From an uncultured archaeon (lineage in GTDB: Archaea > Asgardarchaeota > Heimdallarchaeia > Heimdallarchaeales > Heimdallarchaeaceae), in NCBI GenBank assembly GCA_964534625.1, contig CAZHRF010000034.1, positions 1 to 35,423 on the forward strand: a stretch of DNA of 35,423 nucleotides, written 5' to 3'. This document shows positions 1 through 8,391 of this stretch, piece by piece (positions within the stretch are counted from its first letter, which is position 1; every line of letters starts with the position of its first letter). The notes below the pieces were generated by a model. It saw only the letters and a program-made list of their open reading frames with translations. It searched no databases and was not told the origin of the DNA. Both the position numbers and the translations under genes were made by a program.

Positions 1-380
1 AAAAAAAACAGATATAACATTTTTTGATAATAAGGTGTACGTAATTTAGTACATATGTTCCCAATTAATATTCTCATAATATTTTATAAATATTTTGTTA
101 TAAAACTAAAAATATTATTTTTTATTATAAACTATTCCAATAGAAATAATGGGGTCTCTAGCATATTTTGTTGTTCATCGAGAAAGATCAGTTGTGTATA
201 AAAATGTAGAAAGTAACGAATTTCATCTATCATTTATTTAAAATATACGTTGTTGATTATCACGTTTTTAAATGAAATCCTGTTTAGCTCCTGTTTACTG
301 TGTCTGCTATATATGTATAAAACCTAAAGATATGTGTAGGTAGTCTGGGCTATTTTTGTAACTAGCATCATTTTTACATT

Positions 381-415
381 ATCTTACCACAAAAAAAATA
401 ATTATGTGGTAAGAT
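381..415. repeat. 11-bp perfect inverted repeat (possible operator or terminator hairpin)
   Basis: ATCTTACCACA (381-391) and TGTGGTAAGAT (405-415), 13-nt spacer, T-run shortly after. Confidence 0.6.
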
Positions 416-906
416 GGTATTTTTTCCTAAATTGCGTTTTTAATTATGTAACAAAATAAAACGTTCGCATCAATTATTTTTTAAGAAAACCCCTATAATA
501 TATCATGTATTTTAAACTGATAGAAAGAGTATACATACTGATACAGGAACCATAAAAACATTAAGTAAAATAAAAAATACTGGAGTTTTTATAGGTAAGA
601 AGTGTATTAGTATAGGTCATTATTTAGTATAAACTGGAAAAAAATGAAGGATCAAGGTGTTAATGCAGATATATAATCAAAAATTGAATTCCAATAAAAC
701 CCAAAATACACTTACTAACAAGGCTGTAGAAATAACCGGATTTAATTGGAACTGGATATCATTAAAAAAGATATTTATCTATAAAATGAATAATAAAAGT
801 AGTAGATTTGTTTATAAAATGGGACAAAAATGTGTAATAAATGATATACAACAATACAGAGTTTCATTGATTTGTGATTTATCTACGTATATTATAGGTA
901 ATTAAT

Positions 907-1797
907 ATGAGTAACAGTAAGTTAATTCCTGAAAGACCTGTAAAATACTTTAAAGGAAAAATCAGTTTTTTCAGAATTTATAACTGGGGTATCATAGGAA
1001 CATTAGAAGCAGAAAAAAAGAATGTTCGATTTAAAATTATTAATACTGAAAAACTTGAAAAATATATGATGATAGGTTTAGACTTGGTTATACGAGATGG
1101 GTATTGTATAATTAAAGAAGGGAATTTGATCGTTATGGACGGAAAATATGGAAAAGCCGAATTAAAGATAGATTATAACTATTTTAGCTATTCACAAGAA
1201 AAGATAATTGAAACAGGATACATTTCCGATCTAAAGAAAAAAGAAAATAAAACAGTATTAATCTTCAAAAGTTTTAACCCCGTACAACAAGAAAATAGAT
1301 ATTTTGAAATATTTGATCAAAATCTAGTTAATTATACTAAACCTCGAGATATTATTAGAATAACCTATTCAAAAGTGGGTACTGAAAAAGTTCAAAAAAT
1401 TGAAAAATTTCCATCGCAACATTTTTTGTATCAGTTATTAATAATTAATCAAGGCGAAACGTCTAATACAAATAAAATACAACTTCTATTTCATCAAAAA
1501 AATGTAATACTTGAAACTTGGTATGAAAAGTTTAAACATTTAATAATAACTTATGGATGCAAAATTTCTGAAATAGAACTGATTAAGCTAAAAGATATAT
1601 TGTATAATAAATTTTATTGGGATCCGTGTTGTTTGGAATTTTACTTACTTTTTGAAGACGATAAAGTGGATAATTACTTTATGAATATGTATCAATATGT
1701 CAAAGAACAATTTATGGAAGGAAATTTCAAAAATATACCCATTAGTGATTTGTTATTAACTATAAAATATAATTATCCTAAGATTAAAAAAATATAA
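907..1797 (+). CDS. hypothetical protein, 296 aa
   Basis: Long ATG-started ORF in AT-rich DNA; no motif recognised. Confidence 0.65.
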   Translation: MSNSKLIPERPVKYFKGKISFFRIYNWGIIGTLEAEKKNVRFKIINTEKLEKYMMIGLDLVIRDGYCIIKEGNLIVMDGKYGKAELKIDYNYFSYSQEKIIETGYISDLKKKENKTVLIFKSFNPVQQENRYFEIFDQNLVNYTKPRDIIRITYSKVGTEKVQKIEKFPSQHFLYQLLIINQGETSNTNKIQLLFHQKNVILETWYEKFKHLIITYGCKISEIELIKLKDILYNKFYWDPCCLEFYLLFEDDKVDNYFMNMYQYVKEQFMEGNFKNIPISDLLLTIKYNYPKIKKI

Positions 1798-1889
1798 GTA
1801 AATCTTTTTTAAAACTATAAACAGATAAATATAGTTCATAAAAACAAAAAGAGATTAAGATAACATTAAGATTAAAAGGCATTAAAATA

Positions 1890-2204
1890 TTATCTCTGTC
1901 TCATTGCAATTTCAATATGAACATCTTCTGGAACATGTATTCTCATTAATAACCTCATACTTTTTTCTTCTGCATCCATATCAATGATACGTTTATGAAG
2001 TTTCATTTCAAGATGGTCATAAGTTGCAGTTCCATTACCACAAGGAGATTTTCTTACTGGTATTACTATTCGCCTTGAAGGTAAAGGAATAGGTCCTTTT
2101 ATCCTAACACCAGTCCTTTCTGCAATTTTTTGTATTTGGTCACATAATTTTTGTAATGAAGCGGGATTATTACCAATCAGCCTAATTCTAGCTCTTTGTA
2201 ACAT
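1890..2204 (-). CDS. rps10: 30S ribosomal protein S10 (uS10)
   Basis: RARIRL...GPIPLP...RKSPCGNGTATYDHLEMKLHKRIID, typical archaeal uS10. Confidence 0.98.
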   Translation of the reverse strand: MLQRARIRLIGNNPASLQKLCDQIQKIAERTGVRIKGPIPLPSRRIVIPVRKSPCGNGTATYDHLEMKLHKRIIDMDAEEKSMRLLMRIHVPEDVHIEIAMRQR

Positions 2205-2281
2205 GAATACACCTTTTTGTAAAAGAAAAAGAAAAGGTTTTAAAAATCATTCGTTGTTGGTTCAAAAAACAATAATTGTAA

Positions 2282-2671
2282 CTATTGTCTATCGAATAAT
2301 TTTTCTAAACGATCCACTCTCTGTTCTAATAATTCGATACGCTCCATTATTTTATCAAATTTCTCAGAGAAATCATCAGAAGTACTAGTTTCAATTTTTT
2401 TAGCAGAAGAAGTTGCTTCAACCTCTTGAAGAAGAATTCTAGCTTGATTTGTGATATCTTTTGTAATCTGTTCAACAATAAAGTCGTTTAAATATAAACT
2501 TACTTCAGATAAAACAGTGTTAATATTATCGCGAATTCCACGTTCACTAAGATCTTTGACAACAGCTTGTGCTTCAACAATATTATCAAGTTTTATTTGA
2601 ATTAACCATTGACCTTTAATACTGGCCAAGGCACAAATGTAACGTGTTCCAGGAATTTTAGTTTCATACAT
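2282..2671 (-). CDS. hypothetical protein with C-terminal coiled coil
   Basis: 129 aa; GAGGT SD-like site upstream; heptad-like C-terminus IMERIELLEQRVDRLEKLF. Confidence 0.8.
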   Translation of the reverse strand: MYETKIPGTRYICALASIKGQWLIQIKLDNIVEAQAVVKDLSERGIRDNINTVLSEVSLYLNDFIVEQITKDITNQARILLQEVEATSSAKKIETSTSDDFSEKFDKIMERIELLEQRVDRLEKLFDRQ

Positions 2672-2925
2672 TTTTTATACCTCAATTAGTTAATATGAAC
2701 CATTCATAATAGATTTTGTCATGTACACATATTCACTATAAATTTAAAACATTACCGGAAGAAAACTTATTTTTATAACGAGTGATTCTTAAGAAGAATC
2801 AATATTTGATTCGTTAGTATATACTTAAGGCATTTGGAATTAATGCTAACAATTATAGCTTGCGTAATATCTAACTTTATATATTGGATGTTGTAACTGT
2901 ATATTACAGAATAAAGTGATTTTAT

Positions 2926-3378
2926 ATGGCTAAAGAAGTAACTATCAAACTACCTGATGGAACAGTAATTCAGATTCCATCTGGGGATACTGAAAGTTTG
3001 AAAACAGCTTTAGCTTTTGCAACCGGGAGAACATTGGACAACTTAAGTGAATCGACCACACAACCTGAACAAAAAATAACGTCTATGCGAGATCTTATTT
3101 CCGCTTCAAAAATTGAAAGAATATCTAGTATGATTAGAAATCATTATCCAAAGACCGACTGGTTTACATCAAATGAAGTGTGTGAATTGTATGAGATTGT
3201 ATTTAAAGAAGGTATAAAAATGAGTACAGTAAGTACATATCTTGCAAGACTAGCAGATGAAGACTTATTAAATAGGAAAGGAAATATATCCCAGAGATTA
3301 TATTCAGTAACGGATGATATAATTGAATTATATGCTAGTTTAAAAATATTTGAAATTCCATCTGAATTGCTTGGTTAA
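2926..3378 (+). CDS. winged-helix DNA-binding protein (putative regulator)
   Basis: WFTSNEVCELYE...IKMSTVSTYLARLADEDLLNRKG resembles a wHTH recognition helix plus wing. Confidence 0.75.
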   Translation: MAKEVTIKLPDGTVIQIPSGDTESLKTALAFATGRTLDNLSESTTQPEQKITSMRDLISASKIERISSMIRNHYPKTDWFTSNEVCELYEIVFKEGIKMSTVSTYLARLADEDLLNRKGNISQRLYSVTDDIIELYASLKIFEIPSELLG

Positions 3379-3404
3379 TGTTTTTATTGAACTCAAGTTA
3401 GTAT

Positions 3405-5384
3405 TTATTTCCACAACATTTTGTATATTTTTCTACCTAGGTTTTCGTGAATGATTGTTACAATGGGGCAATATTCAAAACATCTATGACAATGTGAGCA
3501 TTTTTCTTTGTCTATAATTAGTTGATTTTCCTTTTTGTCTATTATTATTGCTTGAGTTGGGCAGCTTTCAACACATAAACCACAAGAAGTACATTCCATA
3601 GATCTAAATACTGTAATTAAGAATGTAATGAGAATATTAGTAATCCTTGATTGATCAACAGTAGTATTTATTTCTATTTTGAAAGTTCCAGATATATGAA
3701 TAGTTATGATGTAATCATGTGTTTTAAATGTCAAGTGGTGATTGGTTAATTCCTGTATCTCTTGAATTTTTTCTATAATTGTAAGAGATGATTTAATTTT
3801 TGTTAAATCTAGTACTTTTGATAATTCTCCTGTTATAATTCTCTTTTCATTTTTTTCTTTTATAAACTGTAAAGATATCAAATCAAATTTTTTCTTAAGG
3901 AGTTTTTCTTTTTCTTCTTTTGATAAAGGTACAACATTCAAAATTTTTTTTGGAACATCTTTAAATCGCCATAATCCTTTTTCCCAATAAAAATTGGGAA
4001 AGTAGTTCTCTTTTCCCCATTCTTTTACTTTATTTTTTAATTTTATATAATATTTAGGATGATTGTTCTTTAACAACTCTAAATGAGCTATATCTGATGA
4101 AGGACATAACCAGCATCCTATTCTTTCATAACCTCTATCGTATAATTCTAAATAAGGCAAGTTTTTCCAGTATATATATAACCATATCATATAGGCGTTC
4201 CAATCTTGAATTGGTGATGCATTAATTTGTTCTGGAATATAAGGATTGGTCCAAATATCTTTTGATGCTCTTATATATGATTCATATCTTCGTTGTCCAA
4301 CAAAACTCAAACACTTTCCTTCATCTGAATATAATTTAGTTATTATTTTTTTAATTGGAGCTAGTTTGGCTAATTTGCAACAATATCGATAATCTCTTCC
4401 TGGAGGACCAAATTTATCGAATGATCTCCAAAATATTTCTGGTGAGACTTTTTCCATTATCAACTGTTTTTCCATACCTAACTTATTTATAGATGTTTTT
4501 ACATGTTTGACTGTTTCTGGAAACTCAAGACCTGTATCAACAAAAACAATTGGGAATTTGATGTTTGGAAAAGCTTGTTTCACTAAAAATAAAGTTACTA
4601 GGCTGTCTTTACCACCGCTATAGCTGACAAAAAAAGGTAAATCTATTTCAGAAACCGTGTTTCTAATGTAACTAATTGCTTTTGCTTCTAAATCCTCAAG
4701 TAAATCAACATTTGCTTTTATAATTTCATCCCAACTGTTTTTTGTATATTTAGGGGGAGTCTTCAATGTAACTGATTGATAATTTTTTGCATAAACACCT
4801 TTATTTTTTTTCTTTCTTATTATATCATCTTTTCGTGCAATTCCCCCTGCAATAACTTCTTTTTTTGTATTTAAAATAACTATATAATCTCCCTTTTTTA
4901 TTGTTTCATCTGCATCTAATATACCTGGAATTAAAACATTAGCTCCCTCTTGGATTTTCTTTCCTCCTATTTTATCCACCTTTACCCATTTTCTTGAGAT
5001 ATTTTTGTTCTCTAACATCTTCAAGCCATATTCATTTAATTTGATTATCCATTTATCTTGTTTCAAATCATATCTTTTTGTTCCTATACTATTACCAAAA
5101 TATATGATTTCATCCATTCTATCTTCTGATCCAACATTGTTAATTAGAATTATATCATCAAGAAAAATAAACTTTCTAACACCAAAATTATTGAAGACTA
5201 ATTTTTGGATTTCTTTGATATCATAGGGAGTTGCGGGTCGAGCATCATATGGGGGAGTTATTCGCATTTTTTCTGTAAATTTACCACAAATAGGACATTT
5301 TGTAACTTTTATTAATGGGATTGAACAATCGTAGCAAAAGAAAAATAGATTGGGCCCTAACCAGGGTATTTTTCCACTAGGCAT
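3405..5384 (-). CDS. PAPS-reductase-family protein with N-terminal Zn ribbon, PUA domain and C-terminal 2x[4Fe-4S] domain
   Basis: CYDC...CPIC; PUA-like GANVLIPGILDADETIKKGD; PP-loop SYSGGKDS; RYCC and RIGCWLCP; CTSCGLCVESCP and CSHCHRCFEYCP. Confidence 0.9.
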   Translation of the reverse strand: MPSGKIPWLGPNLFFFCYDCSIPLIKVTKCPICGKFTEKMRITPPYDARPATPYDIKEIQKLVFNNFGVRKFIFLDDIILINNVGSEDRMDEIIYFGNSIGTKRYDLKQDKWIIKLNEYGLKMLENKNISRKWVKVDKIGGKKIQEGANVLIPGILDADETIKKGDYIVILNTKKEVIAGGIARKDDIIRKKKNKGVYAKNYQSVTLKTPPKYTKNSWDEIIKANVDLLEDLEAKAISYIRNTVSEIDLPFFVSYSGGKDSLVTLFLVKQAFPNIKFPIVFVDTGLEFPETVKHVKTSINKLGMEKQLIMEKVSPEIFWRSFDKFGPPGRDYRYCCKLAKLAPIKKIITKLYSDEGKCLSFVGQRRYESYIRASKDIWTNPYIPEQINASPIQDWNAYMIWLYIYWKNLPYLELYDRGYERIGCWLCPSSDIAHLELLKNNHPKYYIKLKNKVKEWGKENYFPNFYWEKGLWRFKDVPKKILNVVPLSKEEKEKLLKKKFDLISLQFIKEKNEKRIITGELSKVLDLTKIKSSLTIIEKIQEIQELTNHHLTFKTHDYIITIHISGTFKIEINTTVDQSRITNILITFLITVFRSMECTSCGLCVESCPTQAIIIDKKENQLIIDKEKCSHCHRCFEYCPIVTIIHENLGRKIYKMLWK

Positions 5385-5405
5385 AGTTATACCTTTATAT
5401 TCTTT

Positions 5406-6440
5406 TTATGTTTCCCTAAGTAATCTCATAAGAATTCGTGGTATTTGCTTGTAATGAGTTACCTCAGCATATTTTCCTCTTCCTAGTCTTGCAAGGTCCT
5501 TACATACACGTTTTCCCCACGCATGCTTTGAAGGCAAAGCAATCACGTGTAATTTTGGAAACCTTTTTAAGAAAGGTCGGGGATCTCCTCCTCTGTTAAA
5601 TGCACCGTCAGTCACTAAGACGCCAAATTTATTTCTCTTCTTTATTTTTTCTATTTCAATTCCTCCGTATTTCAAAGCTTCACTAATATTAGTATATCCC
5701 GCACTGTCACTTTCTAAAATTCGATTTACAAGTTCTTCTGCTCTAATTTTTTCATTTATGTGTTTTATTATTCTTGCTTTTGTATTAAATAGTATAACAC
5801 TAAAATTGTCTTTTGAAAGGTTATACGCTAAAATAGACACAGTTAATGCCGCTGTAGTGAAACGTTCCCCAAAAAGTGAACCTGATGTATCAAACATTAA
5901 AACCGCTGTTTTTAATCTATCTTTCCTTTCGATGCTAACTATATCTTCTTTTTTTAATGTTCTACTCCTATTTTGAAGATATCTCTCCAATGTCTCTTCA
6001 ATGTCAAAGTCATCTAAACCCGGTTGATATTCTGTATGTTCTAATATTTCTCCTCTTAATCCTTGTCCCGTCATACCAAAAGCAGTTGATAAAATGACTT
6101 GTCTTGCTAATCGTCGAAATACTGGTTTTGTTTTTTCATCTAAAGCGGATCTTAGTAAGAAAAATAATTCTGGTGCTGCACTATCACCTTTAGATGCTCT
6201 TCGAGATAAAAGAGTATATCCCTCTTTTGAACTTAATACTTCTGCAACAGCAAATTTGTTTGAAAGTGCAAGTCCTTGTATAGCTGGCATATTATCTACA
6301 TCAACAGCTAGTTCTGTTTGCTTCTTTATTTCATAATAGTTCATACCCTCGGAGAGGTTTGCATAAAATGAGGATTTCCTTTTTCCAGACACTATTTCAG
6401 CTTCAAGCAATTTGTCTTTATTCATCCGACCTCTGAACAC
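5406..6440 (-). CDS. von Willebrand factor A (VWA) domain protein, MoxR partner; possibly made as a -1 frameshift fusion with the upstream ATPase
   Basis: MIDAS DTSGS, GYTNISEAL, VTDG; the frame stays open upstream to 6506, overlapping the MoxR stop. Confidence 0.9.
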   Translation of the reverse strand: MFRGRMNKDKLLEAEIVSGKRKSSFYANLSEGMNYYEIKKQTELAVDVDNMPAIQGLALSNKFAVAEVLSSKEGYTLLSRRASKGDSAAPELFFLLRSALDEKTKPVFRRLARQVILSTAFGMTGQGLRGEILEHTEYQPGLDDFDIEETLERYLQNRSRTLKKEDIVSIERKDRLKTAVLMFDTSGSLFGERFTTAALTVSILAYNLSKDNFSVILFNTKARIIKHINEKIRAEELVNRILESDSAGYTNISEALKYGGIEIEKIKKRNKFGVLVTDGAFNRGGDPRPFLKRFPKLHVIALPSKHAWGKRVCKDLARLGRGKYAEVTHYKQIPRILMRLLRET

Positions 6441-6487
6441 ATAAGGTTTTTTGAACTCTGAATCAAATTGCTCACCTCTCCAGTCTT

Positions 6488-6497
6488 CTAGAAAAAA
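6488..6497 (-). other. candidate -1 ribosomal slippery site U_UUU_UUC followed by UAG
   Basis: Minus strand GAT TTT TTC TAG; the -1 frame CTA GAA GAC TGG... joins the VWA ORF (6491-6440 = 51 nt = 17 codons, no stop). Confidence 0.65.
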
Positions 6498-7384
6498 TCC
6501 GTATCTTCAAGCACCTTTGTAACAATTTCTTGAATAATATCTTCGACTTGATTTTCGACTCCATCTTCTAATTCTATTTTAGTTGCTAAAGCCATAATTG
6601 CACTATCAATCCACGATTGAATATCATTCACATCAAGGAACTGAATAATTGATGCTTGATCTATAGCACCTCGAATAGATGAACCTCTACGCAAATCGGG
6701 CCAATCTCTGGTAGCACGAACAATTTTTACTGCCATACTAATCATTTTTTCATCCTTAATTCCTGTTCTTACCTTAACGATGTTTTCCTCTTCTTCTTGA
6801 GGTTGGTAATCTAAACGAATCCAAACAAATCTATCCCTTAATGCTTCACTTAATGGTGTAGTTGCAATTAATTCTGCGGGGTTCATCGCACTTATGATAA
6901 AGAAACCGTCATTAGCTATAACTTCACCTAATTTTGGTATAATAATTGTACCTTCATCCATAGCTCCAAGTAAAACATTTTGTGTTCCTTCTGGCATTCT
7001 ATTTAGCTCATTTAAGAATAATATTGAACCTTGTTGCATTGATTTTGTTAAAGGTCCTGTAAAGAATGATTCCCATGTATATCCTTTGTCTATTACTAAA
7101 GGTGGATCAAAATGCCCTACTAATTTAGCAGCACTATACCTTTCGTCTCCATCTACTCTCTCTATTTCTTGTGAGAAGTACTTTGCAATTCCATTAGCTA
7201 AGGTTGTTTTACCAACACCTACGTCACCCTCGAGTAAAATATGTCTTCCTGCTAATTTGGCTGCCAAACATTTTCTTAACTCTGTTTTTCTTCCAACGAT
7301 GTTATATTTTTGTTGAATATCCTCTATCATTTCATTAATTGATTTATCTTCTTGTGTCAAACTTTTTGCAGGCATTATTTTCAC
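6488..7384 (-). CDS. MoxR-family AAA+ ATPase
   Basis: HILLEGDVGVGKT Walker A, LFLNELNR Walker B variant, SAMNP sensor, LSEALRDRF, GSSIRG. Confidence 0.93.
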   Translation of the reverse strand: MKIMPAKSLTQEDKSINEMIEDIQQKYNIVGRKTELRKCLAAKLAGRHILLEGDVGVGKTTLANGIAKYFSQEIERVDGDERYSAAKLVGHFDPPLVIDKGYTWESFFTGPLTKSMQQGSILFLNELNRMPEGTQNVLLGAMDEGTIIIPKLGEVIANDGFFIISAMNPAELIATTPLSEALRDRFVWIRLDYQPQEEEENIVKVRTGIKDEKMISMAVKIVRATRDWPDLRRGSSIRGAIDQASIIQFLDVNDIQSWIDSAIMALATKIELEDGVENQVEDIIQEIVTKVLEDTDFF

Positions 7385-7703
7385 CTAATTCTTACTTTCT
7401 CTTAAATAATAAATTATATCTTTACTGTATAAATACTTTCAGATAATTCAAATAAGATAATATAATCTTGAACAACCTTTGTTAGATGTTTTATAATCTT
7501 TTAGATATTTGATAAGTGTAAAAAATACAACTCATTTGATGCATTCAGTGTGTTTTGTGTTCATAAAAGGAACAGTGTTAGAGGTCAATAAAATTCTAAA
7601 ATGCCATTAAATAGTACTCGTAAATAGTGAAATATCTTAAGTAATGTGTGAAAATATTATATGGTATGCATTTTTGTAATATTTTAGTGATACCTTCTTT
7701 TTT

Positions 7704-8312
7704 TTATAACTCATGGTTTTGTGCAATAAGATATGCTGCCCTTATGTTATTTGTCCTAAATCTCTCCTTTAGTTCTTTTGATTGACTTTTTGTTGAACTA
7801 GTTTCATCTACTATAAAAACATCAATTTTAGAGTGAAATGCTTTTTGTAATTCACTTAATATTTTATCCCTCACCTTTTCGCTTCCTGAGCCTATTTTTA
7901 TAATAAATTTTTCTGTTTTAATATTTAGAAACCCCTCAACTATTTTTTTCATTAGTTCATTTATAGAGTAAACATCACTGCTATGTAATAAAATTTCATC
8001 TGCTAAAGTAACGAAACCTATTGTTTTACCTGGATCTATTCCTACTATGACTTTTTTAAAACAATCTCTCTTTTTATATAGCAATTCTATATTTGAAATC
8101 AAGTACATTCTATTAAATGAGATTGGAATAAATATAGATTCATGCATAATATTATCTTTTTCTTCATTTGTAGTAATGACTATATCTGTTTTGTATGGAA
8201 TAGGTTGGTTGTTTAGTTGCCTGATAATGTTTATTCCTGCTCTATTTTTCAATTTATCAGCTATTATATAGGAAAATCTAAAATCTGAGGATGCAATAGT
8301 AACATTAATCAT
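7704..8312 (-). CDS. RNase H-fold (YqgF/RuvC-like) domain protein, divergent from polC
   Basis: VIVGIDPGKTIG, IKIGSGS, IVDETSST, AAYLIA motifs. Confidence 0.75.
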   Translation of the reverse strand: MINVTIASSDFRFSYIIADKLKNRAGINIIRQLNNQPIPYKTDIVITTNEEKDNIMHESIFIPISFNRMYLISNIELLYKKRDCFKKVIVGIDPGKTIGFVTLADEILLHSSDVYSINELMKKIVEGFLNIKTEKFIIKIGSGSEKVRDKILSELQKAFHSKIDVFIVDETSSTKSQSKELKERFRTNNIRAAYLIAQNHEL

Positions 8313-8391
8313 AGGTGAACCAATTTATACCTTAAAATAAATATATCTTATCATTAAGACTTTGGTGATTATTATTACTCGTAATGAAAAA

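Noticed and set aside
55-270. Hydrophobic peptide fragments resembling a small membrane protein
   Set aside because: Pieces lie in different frames with several stops; cannot support a gene or pseudogene.
657-905. 82-aa ORF upstream of the 296-aa gene
   Set aside because: GTG start, low-complexity AT-rich sequence, no motif; probably spurious.
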